DNA from: Tubiluchus corallicola
Lineage: Eukaryota; Animalia; Priapulida
Direction: 5' to 3'
Length of the DNA stretch: 64,000 bases
Assembly: GCA_030141605.1 (NCBI GenBank)
Contig: JAQGDQ010000108.1
Location: forward strand, 1-64,000
Under the pieces are notes generated by a model that ran no database searches, had not been told where the DNA came from, and saw only the letters and a list, made by a program, of their open reading frames with translations. The position numbers and the translations under genes were made by a program. Positions 38,301-51,900 of this stretch are shown here, in pieces. Within the stretch, counting starts at the first letter, position 1, and every line of letters begins with the position of its first letter.

Positions 38301-41300
38301 ATGTTTTTCTAATTAATATTTACTTGTCTAATAATATGAATAGTGTTTTTGCATTGAGATTTCCTACTCATGCTTGATTTTTGAACTTTGTTAGACTGTG
38401 GATGGAAATGAAAAGTACAGGCAAACTTCAAACACAAAGCTTCACTCATCTGGTGATTCAGGAAGAATGACTGGACAGGGATCTATGCGAAAACCTGAGG
38501 AGCTTAAACAGCAGAATGCAAAGAGCAATAAAACTCAGCAGTCGCAGGCTGCTAAATCAGGAGATACGAAGCAAAAGAAGAAGCTGAATAAAGCAGACAC
38601 AACAAAGCTTAAGGGTTCAAAAGACAATCTAGATGATAAGATCCAAAGTAATACGAACAGTCCGAAGACCGGTTCAAAAAACACCTTAGAAAAGAAGTCT
38701 CCTCCTGGTAAAACTGAAAGTAATAAGTTCGGTTTTAACCGACCTACAAGTTCCATTAGTAATGCTTCAACTAGCAGCAACCGGAGTACTCTGTCTACTG
38801 GTAGCAACAGAAGCACTCCACCTTCCTGTAGGATTCCAGCAGTTGGCGTTCGTAGACCTAGTACGGAGCCGCCATTAAGCGGAGTAAAGACAGAGGATCC
38901 ACGCCGCTGTGCCACGAGCTCTCCGCGTGTTATTCCCACATTTGGTGGATATGGTGTACAAGGGCTTGACTCGTCTTCAAGCTTGGCTTCAAGTCAGTAT
39001 AGTTCAGGGTATGTAAGTGGATCGAGCACCTTAGACAGAAAACAGAGAAGAATTCCTTCCAATCTCCCATCTGGTGCTGATGGTAGAAGTACTAGTCCGG
39101 CACACAGTGACATAGAGTATGGTCGTGGATCTTTGGGACGTTCACGGCGTGCTGTCTCAACAAACACCTCACCAGGCATCACAAATCAAAAAACAACTCA
39201 CAACAGTAATATCATTGCTACAGATACAGTGATAATCACAAATCCACATGCGTCATATGGTAAAGACGCATCTCCGCGACGATCGCCTGCTGCTGCTGCC
39301 GGTTTAACAATGGGAACTTTCATACCAGGAAGTTCTGACCTGTCACGAGCAAGATCTCAGAGTCCAAATCGGTATGTGTATGCAAGGACAGAGGCATCTC
39401 CAAAGATCAGTGTGCCCTCGAGGAACTGCATGACTGAGGCTGAGTCCATGGAAAGTATTGCATCAGCTGCATCTAAGAGCATTCATGAGTCAATACAGCA
39501 TGCAAGAAGTAACAGCTTGACTAATGCAAGGTATGATTTTTGTTGTTTATATATTTCATAGGAAAACGTGTTTCGATGTAATTGCATTAGCAAAATATAT
39601 TTAAAGCAAAACCGAACTCAATCTTAAACTGTAGGTAAAAACAATCTACTCTTTAAAATATTGAAAGGAAACATATTATTTTTTCAAAAATGACTTACGT
39701 TAAAGAATTATTACCACACAAACACAATTTCACATTTGTGCCAGTAGTTCTTCGCTGTTACATGCATTTCGCCATTCTCTAGTTAGACGGGCACTAGTGC
39801 CTGCATTTTGGAAATGCATTGTACAAACATCAGGTGCTGTACCTCTCAGTTCAGATGTGTTAGTTTGTGATGAACTACACATGTTTGACAGCTGATGCAT
39901 GAGCACAGCGGTAAATTTGAAATTTGAATTTTTGTCTTGAAACTTGCGTAGTTTTAGTTCAACACACTGAATATCTTACAGTAGCACTGTACTTCAATTT
40001 TCGCTTTTGCAAACACATGCAACACGCTCGTGGAATATTTTTGCTGTGGAAAATTATGTTAGTCTGTGATGTCATCAATAGTTAGGCTTGCTCGCCGTTA
40101 ATTAAGTTTTTAATATATTTTTAAATTATCAGAAATGCTTTTGCAACATTAATTGTGTTAAAATATATACTTTTATCAGACTTGAAAATGGGGTGGTATA
40201 TGAAAAATCATCCTGTCTTGAGTGTCATCCTTTAAATAGTAACTACTATAAGAGAATGTGTGTCATATATAACGATTTGCAATGCTTTACAGATTGTTGC
40301 TGCATCAGAAGGAACAAGCAGGTCGAGGAAATAATGTCAACCGTTCAGAGAGCCTGAAAAGTTCTCGCAGTGAACGGTCATACCCTACGAACTTTTCCAC
40401 TGCTGAGAAGGATGATACAAAGAGTGAGAAGTGCTATCCCTCCATGTTGCAGCGCAACTCTGATTATGAGTGGCAGAGCCCAGTAAGTTGACCTTCTAAG
40501 GCTAGCTAAGGCTAAGGAATTGATAACGTTTAGTTTTTTCTGAGTTCATCTGTATCAGGATTTCGTTGGGCTGTATAAACTTGACAAATTATGCAGAATA
40601 TACATGTGGACATTGTAAATCTACATGTATATTTTGTGTGGATATTGATTTTTTGCACTGTATGTACATTGCATGGATTGGTGCTTGGTGGATTTTGAAA
40701 GAATAGTCTAGAAAACTTTGCTACCCTAATCATTGTTAAGTTGTTAATAATTTGATTGATAATAATTTCTTAATCAGCTTTTTTCTCGTCCATTGAAATT
40801 GGAAAAATTGTGAGAATATTTCCAAAGTTTTATATGAAACTTATATATTAGATGTGGGTTTTCTTAATTGCGGACTTAAGCATTTTCATACAGCCCAGTA
40901 TTGTACTGATCAATGTGCTGATGAATTTAGTTTCACACATATATTTTTGCTTAAAATTTAATTTATGTGCTGGTTACAATGCGACATTTATGTCTCATTT
41001 TACAGGTGTTTGTAAATACAAGTGCAGCTGGTTACTACAGTGCGCATGCATCTCCTGCCCCCAGTCCGGCCCATCACCACAATACCCGGTTTATTTACCC
41101 TCCGTCTCACTATGCTGGCAGTCAAATGAGCCACAGTTTTACTGGGACTGGAATTCCTGGCTCTGGCAGCAGTAACAATCTCAACAAGACTCCTAACAGC
41201 GGAGGGTATTCTCCTTACACCCCAGGATTACTCTCTAGGCTCTCTGGATCTCACGATGATGAAGGTATGCGATGCTGCCTCAGTTTTTTAAGACAGCCTA

Positions 41301-44300
41301 AACTTGCTAATATAGATGCTATAACTAACAGCTTCGCTTGCCTGGGAATTATAAACTTTCTCACAATTAAAATATATCTGTATTTGATTAAACAAGTTTA
41401 ATTCTATAATTTACATTTGCAATAAGTCATTTAGGTGGTACCATAAAAAAATAAGCTTTTCATATTGAGTCAACATATCTTTCTAGCTGTAGAATGCATG
41501 GCAGGCTTATTGCACTTTTATTCTACTAAGTAATTAATATTTTGTTTAAAAATAAGGTTTAGATTGTGAGTTTATGTCGCTTTATATGTTAATTTGCATA
41601 TGATTATTTTGTATACTTTTACGTATTTTTGTTAAATCCTTAGCTGTGTTGCTTATGTAGATGACACAATGATAAATTTTGTGTTGGGTTTTGGTTTTCT
41701 TTTAGCCCACCAGGTTGCAGCACCGACCCGTAACAGTTATAGCTTTGAGTCGCCCAAATTCTCTGTACATCCGTGTGAGTTTGCTGACTTGCAAACGAAT
41801 GATCTTAATGCCCTAAGTGATCCTGCTGGCTTTGGTACTAAAAATTTACTTAATTTGATTCTCTCTCCTCTAATCTCTTGTAACATGAATTAACCTCTTC
41901 ATTTTTCCTTCTTGGCTTGTTCATATTTACCTTTTCTTCACTAGATGTGCAATTTATACTAATGAAATTGAACTTGAGATAAAGATAATCTTCTGTCTGT
42001 TAACTGATGGCGGTTCATCATTCTTTGCTTCAGTCAAATATTTAATTGTGGAATTGTAAACAATTGAATACATTGGGCTGCTAACTTGTATCACTGTTTT
42101 TGAAACATTTTCCCAAGTAGTCCTTTCTAGACTAGCATTTATTTTGAGCATGCATGGAAGAAGCTGCTAGCATTTCTGTATGCTTCAAATCTTTTCCTTT
42201 GACTTGGAACATGAATTTTTGTTGTTTCGTCTGCATGTACACTTAATGTTTTTAATTTAACTATAATTGTAGCAATATATAGCTTTCATAATTTTAATCT
42301 GTATATTGCTGGCCCAAAGCATATTGAATAAACTGCACAAATATATAAATTTATTTTGCATTTCAGCTCATGGATCATCATTATCTTTGGGATCCACCTC
42401 ATCGTCACTGTATTCTACAGTAAGTTTATGTTAAAAACTGCTAATAATAACATCCAAATATTAACTAAAGCTACCTTTTATAATGAATAATAACATATAA
42501 ATGCTATCCCTACTCGCTGAGACAATTTATTCCATTTGAAGTTAGCTCTCAAGAGTTCAGCTGTCTTCTACCAAACAGTGATACTAAAACACCTATAATT
42601 TTTGCATATTTCTAATATCTTTCATTGCAGTTATTGTTTTTTTCATTGAAATTTTGAACTTTGAGCAAATATTTCAATTATTACAGTGTGCCAGAAGCTG
42701 CTGTGGGTATTTCTACTTTCAACCTTTAGTATTGTTTACATTTTCATATATATAATAGTAACACACGAGCCAGTAAAGCAAATGAATTGAAACTTGTAGC
42801 ACCTTTTAATTAAAAGAAAGTATTTACCGATTTGGGATTTTCAAGCATTACTCCAATGTGTTGGAATAAACTAACAACTGAAACTAGAACTTGCACAAAT
42901 TTAAATTCTTTTAAAAGGAAACTAAAAACTCTTGTTTTTAAGCAGTATTTTAATGTATATGTGGTGTATGTTTTGCAGTTTATTTATGATTTATAGATAG
43001 GTCTATTTATCTTATAGTTTATTACAACCTTTACCTAAATATTTTTAATTATAAAGTGCCTTTGACAAAGTTTGTATTGAAAGAGTGCTTTATGAGTAAA
43101 TACAATATTATTTTTGTATCTTTTGTGACACACTTTCACCTTTAGCATAAGTGACATACGTTTCTAACGATATAACATTGTTTTTTCTGACAGCCAGAGG
43201 AAAAAGCAGCTGCAGAAATCAAAAAGTTGAAAGTGGAGTTGGAAAATGCACATGACAAGGTGTCAACTCTCAGCTGTCAGCTGAGTACTCAGGTAAGTGG
43301 ATTGATAATTAACTTTTTTGTGCACAAAAGATGGCGCCAGCTGCCAGTTCTTTCAAGTAAAACACACGTATAGATTCCCTGATGATTTCATATGCACCGA
43401 CTTTATCAATCAGCTGCCCAGCCTAGGGAGGTGTAAATCTCCTGTCCAAACTAATTTGGTAGTTAAGTAAATAATTACTTCTGACAGTTACAAATTGCAG
43501 AAAGTGTTGTGTAAAGTGCATTAGATTCATAGATTGCTTGTATGCCACTGCCAGGATACATTCTTAGAATTTGTTTAGATAATAAAAAATCATTTCGTTG
43601 TTACGTCATCAGTTAAATGCCTCTACGTAACAATAGTGCCAATAATTCATCATTTCCAGACGAAGAATGAAACGTGTCGTGCTATAACAGTGGAGCAAGG
43701 ACGACACCCATTTTGTAGTCCCAATAAATAATAGTAACACACTAACTTCGAATGGCACCACAATAAATTTTCACTTACTGTATCTAAAGTACAGTATGTT
43801 ATTTAGTTTTCATTTGAGAATGGCAGTTTAATGAAAAATTGCCAGTTTTATGTGTTTAAATTGTACTGCCGCAACTGCTGCTTGTCACACACATAGAATT
43901 TAAACAATAAATAAGGGCTTGTTCATCAATAAATCGATAAATATTCTAGTTTTGTCTGTGAGGAAAAAGGAAACTACATGGAAGCTGTATCAGGTATAAA
44001 ATGTAATTAACTAACTCTCCTAACATACAAGAGTTTGATCATGGGGGGCGTAATTATTGCTGCGTCTGTTGAACTCTATGCTGGGAGCCTTAGCAGCCAC
44101 CCAAGTGCCTGAATTAACACCCTTGAAAACCCGTTGTTACTGTCTATACTACTATGTGACTTCACTTGAAGGGGGGGGGGATTCTATCTCGTTTGGTTCT
44201 TTTGCTACTGAGAGTTAATAAGAAGAATGTTAAGTTAATCAGAAGTCGATTTTTTGCATTTGTGTTAATTGGGCTTGTTGATTTATTCAACGTGGGAATT

Positions 44301-47300
44301 TTTAATACTTTGTTGAACCTGATTTGTTATATAAACGTAGAATTGTCCTATCTGCATAAATTGCATAGATTGGGTTTTGTTGGCACCTGCAGTCGAAATT
44401 AAGCAATGATGACCCAGTCAGTAAATGGATGGGTGACCACCTAGAAGATTGCTATGTTGGCCCTGGCTATTTACCTCAGTAAGGGAGAATGTACACATGT
44501 GGAAACATGGGCCTCATCTTAGAGAATTATACGTAATAATGGAAATAGGTTCAGATCTCTGTTAACTTTCTACATTAAGTAAGCTCTGTCACTGAGTGCT
44601 GTGTAAAACATACATAAGAATTGTGCATAACTGCTATCAAAATAGTTTTCTTTTTGTCAAGTTTATTGTCACTTCCTTGTTGCTACAAAAGCACAACTAA
44701 CACCAGAAAATTCCCGTTTTCTGCACTTCATAAATGATATTCTAGGCTTCTGTTTGGTAAACAAAAGACTCGTATTAGTGAAGTTGAGGTTTTTTGGAAT
44801 TTCTGCAACCTGATATTTAATGTCAGTGAACCACGTTGTTTTGGTAAAGAAAATGACCTATTAAGAAAACAGTCGATTATTTTTTGTTCACTCCTCCTAT
44901 TGCTAATCACGTCCAGATTTCCAGTTTGCCTCTGTTTTCGTTGAACCGTTTGGTGTTATCGTCAGCATCACACTGAATGCTTTAGAACCTTGACTAGGAA
45001 GACTTTATTGTGTTGCAGAAGTTTCTTTTTGTTGAACTGAGTCTGTTTATTATCCCATTATACAGCTTTACTGCGACGAGAGTTCTATGAGGCAAGTTAT
45101 TATTTGCTCTAAGCGTGTTGAAAGCATTTATTCTTTCATTAGACAGCGTGAGTTGCAAGTTGCTGTAGCTAGATACCCCCTGTAATTTGAAAATGAAGCT
45201 ACCCACGTAATTAGCAGTCGACCACTGTGCAGTAGGCCTGCCCCTAGCCAGCTACTGATTGGCAGCCGGTTCACGTGGTGGCAGCTACTCGCGCTGAGAT
45301 GCGTGAGATTTACTTCTCTATTTACAAGTGCTACGAGTGACCTCTACCTTTCATCCGTTTATGTGGATATTTGCCCAACTTTTAGTGTGTCGTGTAGTTG
45401 AACTTGCAGATAATTCTGCTAGTGCAGTGATTTTGAATTAACTCAAGAAACAGCATTATTTTTGTGATTTGCAGAATTTACAGTTTGTGCTATTGATGAT
45501 TTTTTTATTTTGTGTTTTATTGGTATCACCTAAGTAGGTAAGGATGCTGTGATGTGAGTGAGCCTAACTTTGTATATGTATCTGTAATGACAACAGTGAA
45601 GCTTATTTAGTACTAAGAATAAAGTTGTGGTTTTTTGTTTGGAAAGTTGCGAAATGTGTGGAATACTGTGTATCGCCGGGTAATGAATGCTAAAGCATGA
45701 GAGGGTAATGTTAAATTCTAACTGTGGCGATGCTAAAAGTGTGAACAGGTCTTCTTGAGGTCACGCGTGAGAGTTTTGCCCATTTAAGCAGTTTTGGAGT
45801 AGTAGATGAATATCGAAAAATTAAATTTTATTCATATTAATGGTCGGAATTGAATTAACGCATGAAAAGTATCTGCTAGGTGCTGGTTGTTGGATTCATC
45901 GTGGCTTCATGATTACATTGCTATTTTTAATTTTTGCTATTTAACTCGTTTTTCTTATTTACCGTGGTTTTGACAAAGCGTCCTTCAACCTTTTGTCGGG
46001 TTTCTTTACCGAGTATAAACGAAAATGTTTTTCACATGTTGTTGCCAAGGTGTATTTGGTGGTAATTTAATACTTTTAGTCTCAGTTTTCCGGTTTTTTG
46101 CCTATTTTAATGACTCTGGGCATCTCGAAACTCAGTAGTTTCACAAATAAAAAAAACATTTCACTGGGTTCTTTGATAATTGACGTGAATTAGGAATTCA
46201 TTATAAACAGGCTGAAAGGCATGCTTACAATTTTCACCTCTATTCTTGGGGAAACTATTGGAGACTGCATATCTCCTAGGCATCAAAACAATGGCTTGTA
46301 ACCACTGTGTCATTTTTATCATGGTTGTTACCTCAACAATTTCCTTTGCCTTAATCTGAACTCAGCTCATCTGCATACACAATGCATTCCATCCTGTTTC
46401 TCCCTTTTGTCTGTCTAGTCCGGCGAAACGGTCAGTTTGTCTGGTCAACCGCGAACCTCAAGCTTTGCTGTATAGTGTAAATTATGGACAGCTGGTCCCC
46501 TGGCCGGATTATGTCTGAAAAAAGATGGGCTCCTCTTTAGCACTTTGCATTGTCTGTCGCCTTTATCGTGTCATATTATAGAATAGCTCTTGCTTTTATT
46601 AGAGGGGCTTACTTCTAGCTGCAATGTTATGGCATTTGGAGGTTTAAGTCTGGTTTATAATTTTCGTTATATTTATTGAAAATGTTTATACTGAATTTTA
46701 ATCAGTATTTCAAACATATGTTTATTATTATTTCGTGTTAGAAATTTCTTGATATTTTAATCAAGTCCTCCCATGAATTTTCCGTAGCTCATCTAAGCTT
46801 TCTTGGTTTAAATTTTGGTATGGTTTGGTTTAAGCTTTGTCATTGAAACGAACAGTGCCTGTAGTACCCAATAGCCGCTGGTCAGCATTGACTGGTCATT
46901 TGCAAAACCAGTTAATTAGAGCTGTTGTATTTACCTGCTGAGTTGGGTACATAAATTACTTGTTAGTTCCAGACAACGACTTTAACTCTATCAGTAATGT
47001 GATTTCGAGTTCATTTTATTCGCTCCAAATTTTCTCTGCTCTACACTAATAAGGTCATTGGTCCATGGTGCCCACCCACCTGCTGGAAGACGCCCTGATT
47101 TGCTGATAATATGCTCTTTTTTATTATAATCTTCTAAACTGTGATGAACTCTAACAATCATACAATTTGCATGAAACATGATCCTTCGTAATTATGCAAG
47201 TAATATTTTCATGCTCTCTTTGGCATTTCTGTTTTTCCATGTTCACTCGCCCATTCTGTGACATACCTCTATGGTTAATTACATAGTCAACATTGCCTTT

Positions 47301-48926
47301 TCGAATAGGTATCGTTTTCACTTCTGGTTAGCCAAGTACCTCAGTCTGACAAAGGCCTGGAACCCTTTCATTTGTGTTGGAAAAGAACATACAACATTTG
47401 CTTTTTCTCGCTCTCTGACAATTATTGTGAATTTGAATAGTGACACTGCCGTGGGCTGTTGCAATGCACGTGTCCAGTAGTGACCATCGGTCATCTGTCA
47501 GCTTGGGTACTAATTTATAAGAAATGATATTTATCGCAGTACTAATTTTACCTGTTGATAATTATGAGTTGTTCTGATTGTCGGCAAACATCAAACACGC
47601 ACTATTTAACCGCTTAAAGGTATTGAGATTAGTCGATTACTGACTTAGTACTCACAAATACTCACTGCAATAATATTCATCTCTTTGTTAGCAAAAATTG
47701 TTCCTTTGCGCAGCGTTACACCCTAACTTTCTAAAATGTAATACCCTGTATAACTGAAGGACTGGTAAATGCTTTGACCGCTCGTTTCCGATGCATTAAA
47801 ATTTGTTTTTGGAGCTCATAAACATAACGCTTTGTTTAGTACTACAGCTTTTACGTGACTTGAATTTGAATGGTTTATTTAAATATTTAATCACTGTCTC
47901 AAGACAAATGAATTACAAGCTTATAATGGCATTTTGCAGAACGTCACTGCTATTATATTATAAATCTTCTCTATTATATATTATAACTTCTCTTTATACA
48001 TGTTCGGTTACTCTATAAATCGTATCAAGCGCTTCATGCTTACACTTGTAGAAAGACCGGAACCTGTCGTTGTCAAGGATTATCCTCTAGGAGGAGTTAC
48101 TGAACCGACTGAGATTACTTTACCACTCTCAGCTGCATACATCCTCCCCCAGCAAGAACTGGAATATTTAGATACGATTTGTTACGTTATAGTTAAAAGC
48201 CATTGAGGATGTAAAAACTGAATCTTCTTTAAATGAACTTGTGCACAAATTTGCAGATGCGCAGATGTCAAAATAAGTATTTAGACTGTTAAAAACCCAT
48301 AAACTAAGACGTTAAACCGCTCTGTAATTTTTCGCATTACTAAGCGTGTATGCTAATTCACTGTTATGGGAGACTGAGAGTTATTCTCTCTTTTTCTGAG
48401 AGGGTGTGTTTTACAAGTCCTGGTGGTTATACCCTTGGGCGGCATTGCGCAGCTAAATTCTTTCTTATTAGTTTTCTGGAATGCCGGTATTTTTCGAATA
48501 TGAAGTTACACGCTCTTTGTTTTGGGTAGGTCGATATTCCATTCAGATGCAGTCGCTGTCGCTGTCGTGTTAGTACTGACATGGGATGATGTTCACTGTG
48601 AAGTTTGTAAAAATTGGGTCGTTCATTGCTGTTGGGAATGTGTGCCAGTTGCAAGTTCACAGCACGAACACTGTTTTCCTTAGAATCAGTTTTATCACCT
48701 CCTTTAATCTTCCAGAGTCTCTGTAAACATTTCATTTGATCTACGACCAACGTGCCAAAAAACGCAATCCATCTGGTGTCGTTTTCAGCATTTACATAAT
48801 TTGAAAGCGAAGACATCAGCAATACTTTTAGAAAAGCTCAATCCCTCGTGTAAAAATTGATTTAACAATGGGTAACTAAGGCTTGAGAGTATTGTGATAC
48901 AGATTATTATTATTGTTGTTATTATT

Positions 48927-48958
<32 letters not shown>

Positions 48959-51900
48959 TATTGTCATAATAATGCATTAATAATATTTTAATAGTTGCAT
49001 TATTGGAGGGCCGCAAGTATTGTCAGTGCACATATTCTACGTGATAAATTGTTGGATTTTATGCCTGCAGCAAAAGCCTATATCTACTACAGAAAGAGCC
49101 AATCACTGTTTCTGAGTTAACATGTGTGTTTTTCTTACGTTTGAAGGTGCGAAGCAATTGCTGTTCTCCCGTCTCTGCAGCCGACTGTTGGTAAATATTA
49201 TTCTAACCATGACTCGGTCGTCCGATGTCCAAAGCCAGCTTTTCGTTGGCATCTGATTCCAAAATATTTGCCCGCGTGTGCGCCGGACGAAGTCATGTTT
49301 TTTGTCGGATTTGACTCAGGTGTCGACTTGTTGGCGACTGGAATGTAAGCTAGTGCTTGTTAGAGTAAGGCTTGTAAACCGCAATTGAATATTGTGCGAT
49401 TCTTGCATATGCTTACATTGTTTAGATGCGTGGCCACTGAAAGGTCTTTGGTTTTATAACATAACAAAAGCTTAGTTAAGTATTATTCAATTAGCTAAGT
49501 AACACTTATGCTTACGAGTTTTTTCGTCTTTTCTATTTTAAAAAACAATTGTACATATTGTCAGACGATCTTTAGAAAAAAATAGGTCCAAAACATTACG
49601 CTGTGCTGTCTTCATATGTGTCCTTGCAATTAAATTCTCTATGATTTTAACGGCTAATTGAGACTTGTGGTATTGAAGGAAAACAGTTTGCGTTACTCAA
49701 CAAGAAATATCAAAACGAGTCTAAACATAATTCTAGGACGCTGATTATAGCTCATTACATGCGATCAGTGCACAGATCTGCTGCAGAGAATGATTTGGTT
49801 GCATCAGCGACTGATAACGGTAACGGCTACTGTTGAGAATATATGACTACTGACTGGGTAACGTCAGATATACAAAACTACAGCTGTTACGTAATGTTAG
49901 GATGTCTGTCACTCCCGGCTCATAATAACTCGTCTGTCTTGAACAGCATGGAGTCGAGTCACTAATGTCAGTTTAGGGGGTGGCTGTTAATGGACCTTTT
50001 GACATCTTAATTTACAACGCACCCAAGACTTCTTTTCTATATACATAATCATTTTCCTTATTATACGTACTGTTATATGGTCATCTGTTACCAGTACTTT
50101 GGCCCACCTTTCCACATTTATAAAAAGCATTTCATTTTGGTAAAAAGCATATATTACCATTTCGTGTCTTTTGAGATTTGAATTAAGTTGAACGATCATT
50201 CATATTGATAAGTTCAAGGTTCCATTTTACTCTAACTTCAGTTGAATGGATATTCGTGCCGTACAGGTAAATTGATTAGTTGTTTATTTACAGTAGTGTG
50301 TAAACAATAACAACGTGTGTACGTGGACATCAGTGTAAATACTGGCAGTATTGCAGTGACCAGGATTCCAGGAATAGCATTAATAGTTGTTTAGTCAAGT
50401 GGTTCTCGATTTTCAAACTGTCTTTGCAACGAGGAAATGATATTCGTACATAATGTTTATATTTCACGATTCTTATTCACTCAGACTGGATATATATTTC
50501 ATGTGTCTAACCATAATATGTACCAGCCATATGCCCACGCTTCAAGATTAACCTCTCTGGTGTATGGAAATGCGTGGTTAAGGTCTTGTGAGATTTGGTA
50601 ATATACTGTGTCCTATATTCCATGAAGCCGTCTTCTGGTTCAATTTAATACACGAAAACATGTTAAATATTACACAGGTTTCCAGACTGCGTATCGTTTT
50701 GGATATCTCTTTCTCTTGTTAATGGCAATTTTTTCTATTGTTATTAATGCGAGGTCAAGTCAGATATCATCATTGTTGATCTCAAAATGTGTTTGACTTT
50801 TATTTGCCTAACTTGCATGATTACCTCCTTGCAATCCTTGGACATTCTGATTGCACGCGTATAGCTATCTGACCCATATGACTTTTATACGTAAATGATT
50901 TTTTATTTAGAGGAAAAGTATATGGTACACGCACTTTTTGTTTGCTATTAGCTTAAAGTTTAATTCTATTACCTGCCTAGTAGTTTTGTAGTTGCATAGT
51001 TTTGCAGTTACAGTTCCGCTAACGTGAGCCGCGTTACCCTCTTATGTACTTGAGACGAATAGCATTTAGCAGTTTCCTTAATTCAGAATAATTCAGAATA
51101 GTTTCATAGTTCAGAATGTGGCAGCTCAGGCTTGGCTTCGTGTCAAAAAAGACTGTATCATTTGAAGCTATTAAAAAATTCAATAAGTATACCGATGATC
51201 TACTGACTTTTAAAACAAGAAAAAAACGAGAATTGCCTACATTACTGTAAATCAATGTTGTAGATGGCTAAAGCCAAAAATGCCATATACGCATGTGCGT
51301 ATAATGTGCAAGTCGTTCGCGTGGTACCCGTTTCAGCCAGGAGAAGAACTGCAAACAACACTGAAAACGAATTCTGTTTGATTTCAACATCCATGTCCGC
51401 AGAGATTTGTGGTTTTTAATTTCGTGTGAATGTTCTAGTCTGTCTGCTCTCGGTGCTATATGAGTTTGAACTGGTTATTGTTGTTCTGCTTACGGAAAGC
51501 GATACAAGCGCAAATAGCCGTAGTTGTAGGTGGATGGAAATTGTTAGGAGACGGAATAAGAAATTCGTTACCATCGGGCACTGTTCGTGACTTAGATATG
51601 ACTCGAAGGATAAAGTTTGTCTCTTATTTTCTTCTTGTACAGACTGAGTGAACTTGTATGATTGACTGGTATTTCGCTAATTCACAATATCATCTCGGCA
51701 TTTCCATTACAGATTGTTAAAAAGAATGCAGAACTACCATTGAAACTAATGTTCTTTCACAACGCCACACAGGTGGCGCTAATATCAGTTTGCCGGTAGT
51801 AATTGATGAGCCCTACAAAAATTATACTAGCTACTTGTCAGAAAAATCACCCTGAACAGGCAATGATAAACTCTTTTAGGCAACAAAAACTGTTACTTGA

